In this document: positions 39,836 through 50,841 of the stretch, piece by piece
Layout: each line of letters opens with the position of its first letter
Numbering within the stretch: position 1 is the stretch's first letter
NCBI GenBank assembly: GCA_021513695.1
Contig: CP084166.1
Span: 960,001 to 1,024,000 of the forward strand
From: Candidatus Heimdallarchaeum aukensis
Lineage (GTDB): Archaea > Asgardarchaeota > Heimdallarchaeia > Heimdallarchaeales > Heimdallarchaeaceae
Reading direction: 5' to 3'
Length of the DNA: 64,000 nucleotides
Notes under the pieces: model-generated
Seen by the model: only the letters and a program-made list of their open reading frames with translations
Told to the model about the DNA's origin: nothing
The model's database searches: none
Program-made: the position numbers and the translations under genes

Positions 39836-41539
39836 ATGAGTACGCTAGATGAAGTTCCACAAGAATTAATTGAACAAAGATTAAGATATGAAGCATTAGG
39901 ATTAAGTATCAATACAGGAAATAAAATTGCAAGCTGGTTGAAAGTTTTGTATACTTTTTGCTTGATTATACTTTTGCCTACTTTACTATTACTATCTGAT
40001 CCATTAAAGGATAATGTCACATACATGTACCAGGCACTAGGTATTGGATTCAGAATCTTGTTAGCTTCAATGATTATTTATTTTATTTCAAAAATAGCTC
40101 CACTTCTTTATGCAGCTAAAAATGATTATAATAAATTGTTAAGTACAGTAGGCTACAATGACCCTGAAAAAAATACTAAAGATGAGGTTCAATTAGTTAG
40201 AAGGAAGTTTGTTATCGATTACATTTACTTAATATCTTTAATATCTGTTCTTCTAAGCGTGTTTGTAGTTAATAACAGAAACAATATTGCTTTTATTATA
40301 GGTCATGAAGTAATTGTTTTTGTTATTCTTGTTGGATTAATTCTAATTTGGAAATTTTGGTTGTATAAAGATTCTACAAAAGTGCCCTTTTTAGGAGGAC
40401 GGTTACTCGTTTTGTCTTTCATTCCTTTAGTAACCGTTTGGGGAATTGAAATATTTATAGAATTTTTCAGTACTCTATCAAAACCAAGATTTGATTTTAA
40501 CAGGCTACAATTAACTTATTCATTAGTTTATCCAATTGTCTTCATTTTGATATCAGTTGCTGTTTTAATTTCTACAAAGAAAACAAAAAGAGAAAAGCTA
40601 GCATTAAGAAAAGAGAAAGATTATGAAATTACTCGTAAGTCAAAGTTTATTGAAGATAAAAATGTATTAAGCAAAGCCTTTTTCAAAATTGAAACAACAA
40701 TATACAAGATAAAGTCAACTTTTCGAAAAGAAATGGACGAACAGAAACTTGAGAAAAAACTGGATAAAAAACCAAGTTATATACTAGTCCAAAGTATTTG
40801 GATTGCATTGATTCTTTCCTTTATACCTCTTTCAATTCTGATATCATGGAACCTTTTCCCGCATGATGGAATCTTTATGATTGTTTCTGTTATAACAGCA
40901 TATGTTTATTCAATGGTTAAATATCATCGCTATGACATAGATGTAATAGGATATATAGAGAAAAAAGCAGAAAAAGAACCTCCATTACTCAGAAAACCAG
41001 AAATTTCTTCACAACTATTTCAATCTCTCTCATTAGTTAGTGTAGTATTTATTGTAGCAATTATGATCGTAGGACCTATTATTACAAAAGGAGATTACTC
41101 TGGTTTTAACGGAATGATTGTTACTGCATTCTCCTGGATCAGTGTTATTCTTTCGTTTCCTCTTTCTATTAGACTTATGTACTTCTTGAAACAAGGATTT
41201 GATGAAACTAGAAGAAAAGAAGATACTGCACTTCCTCTACAAACTCTTCTACCTATATTAATAATGGAACTTGCATTAGTAATCGGAATGTTTGCAGCAC
41301 ACATTTATGTGCCAAATTTTGGGATACAATTTCTAGCTAACATCTCTTTCTACTTGATTTTATTAATTATATTCTTAGTTCTAGTTATTCCTATTTCATA
41401 CATTCTTGTAGTACCATTTGCAAAAGATGATAAACAATACCAAATTATTACAATAGGTTTCTATGCTTTGCTATTCTGTTCTATTATGGGTTCATTTGTT
41501 TGGTTTATTTTTGATGTTATAATAGGACAATTTTCTTAA
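39836..41539 (+). CDS. Large polytopic membrane protein upstream of the ABC-2 transporter pair.
   Basis: More than 12 hydrophobic segments. Confidence 0.45.
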   Translation: MSTLDEVPQELIEQRLRYEALGLSINTGNKIASWLKVLYTFCLIILLPTLLLLSDPLKDNVTYMYQALGIGFRILLASMIIYFISKIAPLLYAAKNDYNKLLSTVGYNDPEKNTKDEVQLVRRKFVIDYIYLISLISVLLSVFVVNNRNNIAFIIGHEVIVFVILVGLILIWKFWLYKDSTKVPFLGGRLLVLSFIPLVTVWGIEIFIEFFSTLSKPRFDFNRLQLTYSLVYPIVFILISVAVLISTKKTKREKLALRKEKDYEITRKSKFIEDKNVLSKAFFKIETTIYKIKSTFRKEMDEQKLEKKLDKKPSYILVQSIWIALILSFIPLSILISWNLFPHDGIFMIVSVITAYVYSMVKYHRYDIDVIGYIEKKAEKEPPLLRKPEISSQLFQSLSLVSVVFIVAIMIVGPIITKGDYSGFNGMIVTAFSWISVILSFPLSIRLMYFLKQGFDETRRKEDTALPLQTLLPILIMELALVIGMFAAHIYVPNFGIQFLANISFYLILLIIFLVLVIPISYILVVPFAKDDKQYQIITIGFYALLFCSIMGSFVWFIFDVIIGQFS

Positions 41540-41563
41540 CTTTCTCTTTTTTTTGTGATTTGA

Positions 41564-42313
41564 ATGACCTATATGATAAAGACACTAAATTTGACAAAAT
41601 CATTCAAAGAAAAAGTAGCTGTAAATAACATGAACTTACTTGTACCAAAAGGTACTATATATGCTCTTCTTGGACCTAATGGGGCAGGAAAAACAACCAC
41701 TATTCGTTTACTTTTAGGTTTGTTAAAACCTGATTATGGAAAAATCGAAATAAATAACATTGATGTTGTATCACAACCTAAGGAAATAAGAGGAAAAATA
41801 GCCCTATTGCCCCAAATATCTGCTGCATACCATGATCTGACTCCAATGCAAAATATAAAATTCATACTTGAGTTAAATAATATTCAGTTTGATGAGGTAA
41901 AAGCGGAATTAAACTATTATTTGAGAAGGTTAGAAATAACAGCTGATCTTCTTCTAAAACCTTTCTCCAAACTATCAGGAGGAGAACAAAGAGCTATTTC
42001 TTTTATCATGACCATTATACTAAATAAAGACTTTCTTATCCTAGATGAACCTACAAGTGGGCTCGATATCTCTAGAGGAAAATATGTTCGCGAAATAATT
42101 CTTGATCTCGCGAAAAAAGGAAAAACGATAATGTTATCTTCCCATATTATCTCAGATTTGGAAGAACTGGCAGAGTATTGCGGTATAATGAAAAATGGTT
42201 TTCTCACTTTCCAAGATAAAAAAGAGAAGCTTATAGAGAAGTATGCTCCGAACACTGAAGATTTCGAAGAAGCTATTATACAAGCATTTAGAGCTCCTAT
42301 AAACGGTGAATAA
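41564..42313 (+). CDS. ABC transporter ATP-binding protein (ABC-2 type).
   Basis: Walker A 'GPNGAGKTT'; signature 'LSGGEQRA'; Walker B 'FLILDEP'. Confidence 0.8.
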   Translation: MTYMIKTLNLTKSFKEKVAVNNMNLLVPKGTIYALLGPNGAGKTTTIRLLLGLLKPDYGKIEINNIDVVSQPKEIRGKIALLPQISAAYHDLTPMQNIKFILELNNIQFDEVKAELNYYLRRLEITADLLLKPFSKLSGGEQRAISFIMTIILNKDFLILDEPTSGLDISRGKYVREIILDLAKKGKTIMLSSHIISDLEELAEYCGIMKNGFLTFQDKKEKLIEKYAPNTEDFEEAIIQAFRAPINGE

Positions 42314-43541
42314 GATGAAAGAAACTAAAAAGACTTTGAAGAAAAAATTAAACTTACAACAATTTAAGGCAATTTTAAAGAAAGATTTATCCTTACTATT
42401 TAGAAAAAAAATAGCTTTCTTCATATTTGGAGGACCGTTCTTATTAATGTTTTTTATGTTTATAATCCCAACTCTTTTTTCGACTTCTACTCAATTGAAT
42501 CTTCTGATATATAATGAAGATCAAGGATACATGGATCAAAATATAGGGGACTTAATAGTTCAATCATTAAATCTATATTATTCATCAAATGATTCTCTTG
42601 TATCAGTAATTTTGGTCGATAATTACTCTGCAATTTTAAAAACAGAAGACCTGGGATTATATATTCCCTCGAATTTTTCTACTCTCGCATTTTCTTCATC
42701 ACCAAGTTTGTACATAGTTGATACCCTACAAACAATCACTTCTCAAACGCAAATATCAATTATCTACAATATTTGTCAGAAAGTCATGACCACTGCTATA
42801 GCAAATAGATCTATTCCTGACATTCAAACTGTTCAAGTTTCTCCAGTTTCAGGAACAGGAGAACAAAGTCTAAGCGTTAAAGCTTCAATTGTCGCGTATC
42901 CTCTGGGATATATGATCTTTTTACTGATTGCATTGAACTCTTCATCAAATAGTCTAATAGGTTTTGCAAGAGAAAAAAGAATGCGAACTATGGAAATAAT
43001 GCTAGCATATACAATAAACCATCGTTCTCTCATTATCTCAAAAGTAATTACTGGCGTAGTAGCTTCTGTAGGGTCAACACTCTCTTATTTTCTAGGAGTA
43101 GGAGCTGCAGCATTAATTATTAATAGAAACTCTGAAACTAATTTCTTTGATATCTTTTCTTTAAATCTTAACTTGCTCAATTTTTGGGATATTCTTTTGG
43201 TAATATTGAGTGTAATTGTTGCTCTATTTCTTTCTACTTTAATGACTATGGCCGTTGACTGTAATTTAACAAGAGAAGCTAGTGAAAGATTAAGCCCTTT
43301 GATATCAATAGGCTTTAGTTTCTTCTTCTATTTCTTGATAATTGTAAATCCTTTTGCTTTTTCAACAGCGTTGATGATTAATCCTTTTTATTGGCCATAT
43401 AGACTTGTACTACTAGTAGTATCAAAGAAATTCACCATAGAGGTGATAATATATATAATTGAAATCATATCATTAACTTTCATACTAATATATTTTGCAA
43501 CAAGAGGAATTGAAAAAGAGAAAAACTTATACTTAGAATAA
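42306..43541 (+). CDS. ABC-2 family permease.
   Basis: N-terminal TM, large extracytoplasmic loop, C-terminal cluster of TMs. Overlaps the ATPase stop. Confidence 0.6.
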   Translation: MNKMKETKKTLKKKLNLQQFKAILKKDLSLLFRKKIAFFIFGGPFLLMFFMFIIPTLFSTSTQLNLLIYNEDQGYMDQNIGDLIVQSLNLYYSSNDSLVSVILVDNYSAILKTEDLGLYIPSNFSTLAFSSSPSLYIVDTLQTITSQTQISIIYNICQKVMTTAIANRSIPDIQTVQVSPVSGTGEQSLSVKASIVAYPLGYMIFLLIALNSSSNSLIGFAREKRMRTMEIMLAYTINHRSLIISKVITGVVASVGSTLSYFLGVGAAALIINRNSETNFFDIFSLNLNLLNFWDILLVILSVIVALFLSTLMTMAVDCNLTREASERLSPLISIGFSFFFYFLIIVNPFAFSTALMINPFYWPYRLVLLVVSKKFTIEVIIYIIEIISLTFILIYFATRGIEKEKNLYLE

Positions 43542-43547
43542 GAAAAG

Positions 43548-44024
43548 TTACTGAATATTTTTCCAAATAATCCAAATTAGGCCATTTAAAGCTGAAACCA
43601 TTGCAAAGCTGACAAATATGATGAAAAGAACATCAATAAATTGCTTCCTGAAAATCGATAGTTTACCTATAGAATTATCCTCCTTTTCTGGGGGAGTAAC
43701 CTTTTTTCTGTTTGTAGAAGCATAGAGTTCTACTAAACCACCAAAGATAGTATTACTAATTGCAATGAATATGTCAACACTCTCTTTAATGCCTTGAGAA
43801 AAACGTAATAGAGAGTAGATAACAGCAAACATGAAAAATGCACTAGACGCAATCATAGGAATGATATAGAACCTGGGGTATTCATACCAATATGAAACTA
43901 GTTCATTTGAACAGACAGGACAATCATGCTTTTCAACAATGTCTTTTTTTCTTGTAAATAGTTTGAATAGAAAAACCTCTTTTTTGCAACTAGTACAGTA
44001 GTGTTTTCGTTCAAGGAAAATCAT
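43548..44024 (-). CDS. Zinc-ribbon plus membrane protein.
   Basis: 'CTSCKK…CPVCSN' followed by TM helices. Confidence 0.4.
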   Translation of the reverse strand: MIFLERKHYCTSCKKEVFLFKLFTRKKDIVEKHDCPVCSNELVSYWYEYPRFYIIPMIASSAFFMFAVIYSLLRFSQGIKESVDIFIAISNTIFGGLVELYASTNRKKVTPPEKEDNSIGKLSIFRKQFIDVLFIIFVSFAMVSALNGLIWIIWKNIQ

Positions 44025-44146
44025 TATAATTCTGCTTAAAATTGAATATAAAAATTCATCGATTTTAAGTTTAATTTGCTTTGCAAAACTTTTTAAATGT
44101 TCTTAAGTCGATGTTTTCAGTATTGTATACGTAAGAGGTTTAATAG

Positions 44147-46624
44147 ATGAAATTTACAAATCGGTTACAAGTACTGATTAATTCTGTAATAATTTTAAGT
44201 TTAATAACAGTAGGAATGGTTACATCTTCTGCAATTCAGATCAATTCAGAAGAGAATTCTTCTGTTAGAGAAACAATTACTGAGGATACAGTCTGGGAAG
44301 GTATAACAATCTACATTAATGAATCAATGCTTTTCAATGCCAAATTAACAATATCTAACTCAATTGTAATTTTTAAAGCAAATGCTACAAATGAGGTTAT
44401 TTTAGAAATAGGGGATACTTTAAACATAACTGACAGTCAAATATTAGCAGATGATCCTGATTACAACGGAAAAATCAAAAGTTTGCTCGGAGAAGAAATA
44501 ATTATAAGTAATTCTGAAATAAAGAATATAGATATTAGCGTCAATAGTGCAGAAGTGACTATAATTGACTCAGTTTTTGACAACTGCTATGAAGTAAAAT
44601 TCTTGACATTGCCAGAAACAAGTATTATAGCAAGAAACACTTTCAAGAATAATGAAACAGGATTATCACTTACTTACTCTCCAATAGAGTTAATAAATAA
44701 TACTTTCGAGAACTTAGATATAGGTGTATCAGTATCCTCTAGCGAAGGTATTTTGATTAAAGGAAATTCCTTTACCAACATTGCAGAAACTGCTATTTAC
44801 CAAACAAAACAGGGTGCAACAATAGAAAATAATGAGTTTACTGATGTTAATCGTGGAATAACCATTCAACAATCCAAAGCTGTATTAATTAAAGAAAATA
44901 CTTTTGAAAAATCTTATACAGCTATCATGACTCTAGACTCAAGCTATGTTACTATATCTACAAACAGTTTCGCAAACAATGAATTTAGTATTGACATGTC
45001 TGAAACTTATTATTCTGAAGTTTCAGATAACACAATAGAAAACACAACTGAAATAGCAATGCAAATACTAGAGTCAGATTATGTTGATATTCTAAATAAT
45101 GAGATAACTAATAGTTCAATTGGAATAAAATTAAATGAAAATAGAGCTTCTGCAATTCAATATAACACAATTACAGATGCTTTACTTTCCATTGATATCG
45201 AACATTCAAGATCCATCGATGTGATAGCAAATACAATTATAAACTCTGAAACAGCAATGTATATCGAAGATTCAGACAAAGCAACTTTAACTGCAAATGA
45301 TATCTTGACTTCCAATATTGGTATATCCATTTGGTCTTCAACTTCTCCTGCATTATCAAGTAACAAAATACTTGATACTAATATAGGAACAGAGTTGATA
45401 CTTGTTTCAGAAGGGTTATTACTAGGAAATGAATTTACTAACTCTCAAATGGGTATTTATGTTGTAGATACCAGTGAAACAAAGGTTGTAGATGGAACAT
45501 TAGTTAATGTTGCAGATGGTATAAAAATAGTCGAAAGTCCTAATTTTGAAGTAAGTGGAAACACTTTTGAAGACATTTCTGGAGATGCAGTAATTTTTGA
45601 TGATAGCAATGACTCTGTTGTTTATCATAATAACTTTTACAATATTACTGGTAAATATGGTAGCATAATTGATTGTATTGTTAACTTTGAATACGAAGTT
45701 TCTAATGGAACAATTCACGGTAACTACTATGAAGGAGTAGACGAAACATCAGTCTATATTGACACAGTCACTTATGAAGGAAAAGAAATTGAAATCTATG
45801 ACAATCATCCATTGACAGAAAAATACACTGTTCCTCCAGCAATAAGTGTTGTAGAAAGAGATGTACAAGATCCTGATGACACAATGATCGTAAATGTCAC
45901 AGCACAAATCTATAAACCATCAGAACTTTCAATTTCAGCATACTTAGATTACATGTCAAACTTTGATGATGATTGGACATCAGTTGAAATGACAATTGTA
46001 TCTTCTGTTGGTCAAATATACATCTATCAATCTTCTATACCTAAATTAGACTACGGACTTGAAATAACCTACAGGATTAGAGTAGTTTATGAATCTGAGT
46101 CTACTATATCAAGCAATTATACATATGTTGTCGAATACTCTGATGAAACACCTATCATCATTAATAATCCAACAGTAGTCGTAAGAGCTGAAGGTTCAGA
46201 TAAATTTACTTACACAAGTGTATACTATGATCTATACTATATAGTTGTGCAAGTTAGAGTAAAGAATCAAACAGCTAATCTCGCAAAAATAGATGGAAGA
46301 GATTATGTCAATATCTCATGGACATTAATAACAAATGAAGGAAATGAAACACATGATAACATAATGTTCTACAACACCACTACAGGAGTGTTCGAACTAG
46401 AATTAGGAAAGTTTACAGCCAATTCTAACATTACTTATCGAATATATGCAGAAGACGAACTAGGTAATTCAAGATGGACATTAGAAACCTATGAAATACA
46501 CATCACCTCTGAAACTACTGAAGAAACAGGTTTCGATAGCGTTACATTAATAGGAATAACAGCAAGTTTATTCATAATTCAAACTATAGTTGTTATTCAA
46601 AGAAGAAAAAGACAAGAAAACTAA
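44147..46624 (+). CDS. Surface protein with right-handed parallel beta-helix repeats (NosD/pectin-lyase-fold-like) and a C-terminal TGF+TM+RRKRQ anchor.
   Basis: Repeated 'NxFxNxxxGIxI…' ~22-aa units. Signal peptide. C-terminus '…TGFDSVTLIGITASLFIIQTIVVIQRRKRQEN'. Confidence 0.6.
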   Translation: MKFTNRLQVLINSVIILSLITVGMVTSSAIQINSEENSSVRETITEDTVWEGITIYINESMLFNAKLTISNSIVIFKANATNEVILEIGDTLNITDSQILADDPDYNGKIKSLLGEEIIISNSEIKNIDISVNSAEVTIIDSVFDNCYEVKFLTLPETSIIARNTFKNNETGLSLTYSPIELINNTFENLDIGVSVSSSEGILIKGNSFTNIAETAIYQTKQGATIENNEFTDVNRGITIQQSKAVLIKENTFEKSYTAIMTLDSSYVTISTNSFANNEFSIDMSETYYSEVSDNTIENTTEIAMQILESDYVDILNNEITNSSIGIKLNENRASAIQYNTITDALLSIDIEHSRSIDVIANTIINSETAMYIEDSDKATLTANDILTSNIGISIWSSTSPALSSNKILDTNIGTELILVSEGLLLGNEFTNSQMGIYVVDTSETKVVDGTLVNVADGIKIVESPNFEVSGNTFEDISGDAVIFDDSNDSVVYHNNFYNITGKYGSIIDCIVNFEYEVSNGTIHGNYYEGVDETSVYIDTVTYEGKEIEIYDNHPLTEKYTVPPAISVVERDVQDPDDTMIVNVTAQIYKPSELSISAYLDYMSNFDDDWTSVEMTIVSSVGQIYIYQSSIPKLDYGLEITYRIRVVYESESTISSNYTYVVEYSDETPIIINNPTVVVRAEGSDKFTYTSVYYDLYYIVVQVRVKNQTANLAKIDGRDYVNISWTLITNEGNETHDNIMFYNTTTGVFELELGKFTANSNITYRIYAEDELGNSRWTLETYEIHITSETTEETGFDSVTLIGITASLFIIQTIVVIQRRKRQEN

Positions 46625-46632
46625 AAAGTCTC

Positions 46633-46670
46633 TCTTTTACTTTTTATTTCTTTTTTATGTTTTTGAAAAA
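46633..46670 (+). terminator. T-rich tract after the beta-helix protein gene. Possible terminator.
   Basis: CTCTCTTTTACTTTTTATTTCTTTTTTATGTTTTTG. Confidence 0.2.
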
Positions 46671-46773
46671 GTTTTATATTTATTTCAAACTCTTTAAATA
46701 AAACAGTTTATAAACAACACCGACATTTTTAATATTGAAACTTCAAAAATTAAATAAGAAAAGAGGAAAAGTA

Positions 46774-47448
46774 ATGAAAAAAAAATTTATTATGATTTTT
46801 TTGTTTATAGCTATTATATTTAGTTCAGTTCCCTTTTTGGCAAAAGGAGAAACGAAAACCGAAACTGTATTGGAAGAATATAATATAATTTTTGATTGGG
46901 GATATGTTTATTATTTTACAGAAACAACTCCTGCAAAGCAAACCGAAGTTACTCTTGAAATAAGTAGTGATCAATCTCTCATTTTCTTTGTATGCAATAA
47001 GGAAGACGCAGAAAACTACGCAAATGGTGAAGAAATAGATGTATATTATGTTAACTATGATGTGTCAGTTACAACATTAACTTTTGTTTTGGATGAAAAA
47101 AGAACCTATGACTTTGCTTTTGATAATACAAACTCAGAAAATGCTGCAGCTAACATCGATTATGTTATTATTACCTTTACTTATGAAACATCAAGCAGTG
47201 GATGGATAGTATGGGTTATTATCCTTGCAGCAGTAATTGGTTTTGTAATCTTAATTGTTAAAAAACGCAGCAAACCTACTGCAGAAGGGTACATTCAACC
47301 TTCACAATATACTGCCTATGAACCTCCTTCAACAGTTCAACAAACCTATCAACAACCAGTGACGCCGTCTAATTATTGTACAAATTGTGGAGCAACAAAT
47401 GAAGAAAACGCAATGTTTTGTACTAACTGTGGAGCAAAACTAGTTTGA
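46774..47448 (+). CDS. Membrane-anchored protein with a C-terminal double zinc ribbon (CTNCG…CTNCG).
   Basis: Signal/TM, Thr/Gln-rich linker, 'YCTNCGATNEENAMFCTNCGAKLV'. Confidence 0.45.
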   Translation: MKKKFIMIFLFIAIIFSSVPFLAKGETKTETVLEEYNIIFDWGYVYYFTETTPAKQTEVTLEISSDQSLIFFVCNKEDAENYANGEEIDVYYVNYDVSVTTLTFVLDEKRTYDFAFDNTNSENAAANIDYVIITFTYETSSSGWIVWVIILAAVIGFVILIVKKRSKPTAEGYIQPSQYTAYEPPSTVQQTYQQPVTPSNYCTNCGATNEENAMFCTNCGAKLV

Positions 47449-47573
47449 TTGTTGTAAGAAAGTGATGAATAATGTTTCCACTTTTTCTTTTTCTTGAACT
47501 AAAAATTTCTAGTAAAATAAAAATAGATTTTATTACTATACAAAACTCTTTAAATGTTTAAATAATTCAAGGG

Positions 47574-48323
47574 ATGAGGAAAATGGGTCATTATGTACCA
47601 AAAAGAAGAAAATTCATCGATCGTAGGAATTTAGTTCAAAATATAGTTTTAGGAGTAGTATTAACAGCATCGGTTGTATTAGGTTTTATTTCAGGAAATC
47701 CCCTTTTTAAAATAATCGGATTTATTATTATTGCAATACTCACGGGGACATTCTTCTCTGGAGTTATGATCCGCTTTTTGACAGGAAGAGGATATGCTAT
47801 AGCTAGTGCTATAAATGAACTATTGTATATTTTTGTAGCTATACCAATAATTGTGATGGCTGCGACATACTTACCTGTTAGTATATATCTAACCTTTTTC
47901 GGAACTCAATGGTCATCACAAATCTTGATTGGAATATTTTTTATTACTGGAATGTTAATGTTAGGTTCCATTCTCTATCTAATTAAAGGTCATCTTAGAG
48001 ATAAGAAAATGGGTTTATTTAGCTACATAGCCTATTTATTTGATTTTGAAAAAAGAGCTCAAGAAAGAATAAAACAAAAAGAAAGAGTGAAAAGAATTGA
48101 TGAATTCTATGCTGGATTTCATCAAATAGAATCTGCTGTAGCTGCTAAAATGGAAAAAAGAATGACTGGTTTCCAAGAGTTTGATTGGAAAGCAAGATTG
48201 AACGAGACTCCAGAATGGATGAAAGAACAAGAGCAGGAACAAGAGCAAGAGCAAGAGCAAGAACAAGAGCAGGAACAAGAGCAAGAGCAAGAGCAAGAAC
48301 AAGAGCAGGAACAAGAAAATTAG
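47574..48323 (+). CDS. 4-TM membrane protein with a C-terminal (EQ)n tail.
   Basis: Hydrophobic helices; C-terminus EQEQEQ…. Confidence 0.5.
   Translation: MRKMGHYVPKRRKFIDRRNLVQNIVLGVVLTASVVLGFISGNPLFKIIGFIIIAILTGTFFSGVMIRFLTGRGYAIASAINELLYIFVAIPIIVMAATYLPVSIYLTFFGTQWSSQILIGIFFITGMLMLGSILYLIKGHLRDKKMGLFSYIAYLFDFEKRAQERIKQKERVKRIDEFYAGFHQIESAVAAKMEKRMTGFQEFDWKARLNETPEWMKEQEQEQEQEQEQEQEQEQEQEQEQEQEQEQEN
48224..48317 (+). repeat. Imperfect hexanucleotide microsatellite (GAACAA/GAGCAA/GAGCAG)n encoding about 17 EQ dipeptides.
   Basis: Seen directly. Confidence 0.9.
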
Positions 48324-48393
48324 ATATACTTAAGCTTAAAGCAGTTCTAAAAAAATAGTATAAAAATATACTTTATAAACTAAATTAATTTTT

Positions 48394-49050
48394 TTGATTA
48401 AAATGATTAAAGTTGTTATTTTTGATTTTGATGGGGTAATTTCTGATTCAAAAAGAGCATACGCTCTGCAAATGCAAGAAACAATAAAAAAGATTTCAGG
48501 AAAAGATATCTCTATTTCAGAGTTTGATAAAAGGGGAGGAAATACTGATCAAATAGACGATTTCAAGCATTTGTTACAAACAGAAGATAGAAGTGTTCTT
48601 GATAAAGCGTCAAAAATATATCAAGAATTAACTGTAAAATATAAAAACATGCGTAAACTTTATCCTGGAGTGAAAGAAACTCTGAAGAAAGTTAGAGAAA
48701 TGTGTAAAATAGCAATTGTGTCAAGAAAAGAACAAAATAGGTTAATTGAATGGATCAATTTTTATTCTATTGGTGAACTCATAGATAAAGCAATAGGAAC
48801 ACTTGACCATTCTAAAGCTCCAGCAATTAAAAGAGTTCTTGAAGAGTTCAATTGCCAACCAGAAGAAGCTCTAATGGTGGGAGATACTGCATTTGATATT
48901 GTAAGTGCAAAAGAAGCAAAGGTTAGAAGCGTTTTAGCAAAGTATGGAACAACAATGTATGAAGAAGCTGTTGAACAAAAACCAGACTTTATTATTGACT
49001 CAATAAGCGAAATTATAACATTAATAAATCAGCTAAATAATGAAGAGTGA
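48394..49050 (+). CDS. HAD-superfamily phosphatase.
   Basis: Motif I 'VIFDFDGVISDS'; motif III/IV 'VGDTAFDI'. Confidence 0.7.
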   Translation: MIKMIKVVIFDFDGVISDSKRAYALQMQETIKKISGKDISISEFDKRGGNTDQIDDFKHLLQTEDRSVLDKASKIYQELTVKYKNMRKLYPGVKETLKKVREMCKIAIVSRKEQNRLIEWINFYSIGELIDKAIGTLDHSKAPAIKRVLEEFNCQPEEALMVGDTAFDIVSAKEAKVRSVLAKYGTTMYEEAVEQKPDFIIDSISEIITLINQLNNEE

Positions 49051-49093
49051 ATTCCAAAAGTAACTTTTTAAATATCCCAATACATTTCTTTTT

Positions 49094-49891
49094 ATGAAAA
49101 TTGGCTTCTTTCAATTTGAACCTAAATTTTTAGATGTAGAAGAAAATATAAACCAGATTATATCTGAATTAGAAAAATCTCAAACTTTTGATTTGATAGT
49201 TTTACCAGAGTTAGCTAATTCAGGTTACCTCTTTAAGAAAAAGGAAGAGTTAGAACAAGTAGCTGAAGAAATACCTGGGGGAACATTTGTTTCACATTTA
49301 GAAAGCATTTGCAAGAGTAAGAATGCATATATTGTTGCTGGAGTTGCAGAAAAAAAAGGTTCAATATTCTTTAATTCTTCAGTGTTAGTTGGTCCTGAAG
49401 GGTATGTTTCTACTTATAGGAAGTTACATCTGTTTGATAGAGAGAAACTGTTTTTTGAACCAGGTAATAAACCGTTAGAAGTCTATGATATTGGAAAAGC
49501 CAAAGTGGGATTAATGATTTGTTTTGATTGGATATTCCCTGAAACAGTTAGAGTCCTTGCTCTAAAAGGTGCTGAAATCATATGTCACTCTGCAAATCTT
49601 GTTTTACCGTACAGTCAAACAGCAATGTTAGCACGATCAGTAGAAAATGCAGTCTTTACAATAACAGCAAATAGGATTGGAACAGAAAAAAATGATGAAC
49701 TTATCTTAAGTTTTACAGGACAAAGCCAGATTACATCTCCAAAAATGAAAACTCTAGCTAAAGCAGAAAAAGATACAATAGAAATAAAAATTGTTGAAAT
49801 AGACCCTGAATTGGCAAAAAATAAGTGGATAAATGAAAGAAATAATTTATTCGAGGATAGAAGAGTAGATTATTACGCAATTTTAACCTAA
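49094..49891 (+). CDS. Carbon-nitrogen hydrolase (nitrilase superfamily).
   Basis: Glu-Lys-Cys triad context: 'VLPELANSGY', 'YRKLHLF', 'MICFDWIFPE'. Confidence 0.75.
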   Translation: MKIGFFQFEPKFLDVEENINQIISELEKSQTFDLIVLPELANSGYLFKKKEELEQVAEEIPGGTFVSHLESICKSKNAYIVAGVAEKKGSIFFNSSVLVGPEGYVSTYRKLHLFDREKLFFEPGNKPLEVYDIGKAKVGLMICFDWIFPETVRVLALKGAEIICHSANLVLPYSQTAMLARSVENAVFTITANRIGTEKNDELILSFTGQSQITSPKMKTLAKAEKDTIEIKIVEIDPELAKNKWINERNNLFEDRRVDYYAILT

Positions 49892-49947
49892 AAATAATAA
49901 AAAAAACATCAAAACCTTTTTTAAATTTTAGTAGATTATAATTAGTT

Positions 49948-50841
49948 GTGAGGATTATGAGTGTTGAAGAGTATTCAGGTAAAGACAGAGTTAATTTGGA
50001 GTACCTTGTGAAAGTGATTGATGATTTAATTAAAAAAACAAATCTTATTGAGAAAATGTTAACTGATGAAAAAGAGGGTAGAATTAATCAATATAAAGAA
50101 TTAACAAAGAAAATTGAAAAAAGTGAAAAAGAAACTAAAAGTATTAACACTCAACTGTCAAATTTAAAAACAAAACAACTGTCAAGCCTTTCTAAAGAAA
50201 TTGAAGATTCAAAGAAGGCGTTATTAATTATAAAAGAAAGAATTGATGAAAAAGATAAAGATATTGAAAATCTTGAGATGAAAATTAGTGAAGTAAACAA
50301 ACTGTTTGAACAGTTTAAATCTAATCTAAACGAAGAAAAACAGATCAGAGAAGAAAAAGAACAAGAAATACAAGAGCTAAAAGAAAAGAATAGCGAACTA
50401 AGCATAAGGTTAGAAGAAAAAGAAGAAAGACTGAAACAACTTGAGAATGAATTAACAAAATTAAAAGAACAACTAGGTTCATTGAAAGATAAAAAAGAAA
50501 ATCTTACTTCTAAAATTGAGAAATTAAAGGAAGAAAAGAAAGAACTAAACGAAAAATTGAAAGAAATCGAAAAAGAATATAAAAACTACAAAGACAATAT
50601 GGAACCAGTAATTGCTCAAAATACACATATTAAAAAACTACTTGACGAGAGTTTACAAGGAAAAATATATCTTTACTTACTAGAAAAATATCCAAAAACA
50701 TCAAATATTGATGATATAGCGAAAGAAATAGACTCTCCTGCTGTGAAAATAAAGTCAGAAATACTAGCAATGCAAGAAATGGGTGTAATAAGATACAATA
50801 CTGATACAAGAGAAGTTTTTATCACAGAAAAAAAAGTCTAA
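49948..50841 (+). CDS. Coiled-coil protein with a C-terminal winged-helix-like domain.
   Basis: ~200 aa of heptad-like K/E-rich sequence, then '…YLYLLEKYPKTSNIDDIAKEIDSPAVKIKSEILAMQEMGVIRYN'. Confidence 0.45.
   Translation: MRIMSVEEYSGKDRVNLEYLVKVIDDLIKKTNLIEKMLTDEKEGRINQYKELTKKIEKSEKETKSINTQLSNLKTKQLSSLSKEIEDSKKALLIIKERIDEKDKDIENLEMKISEVNKLFEQFKSNLNEEKQIREEKEQEIQELKEKNSELSIRLEEKEERLKQLENELTKLKEQLGSLKDKKENLTSKIEKLKEEKKELNEKLKEIEKEYKNYKDNMEPVIAQNTHIKKLLDESLQGKIYLYLLEKYPKTSNIDDIAKEIDSPAVKIKSEILAMQEMGVIRYNTDTREVFITEKKV

Noticed and set aside
48036-48314. 92-aa minus-strand poly-Leu ORF.
   Set aside because: It is the antisense of the (EQ)n microsatellite: GAG/CAA read on the other strand gives CTC/TTG, i.e. 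Leu.
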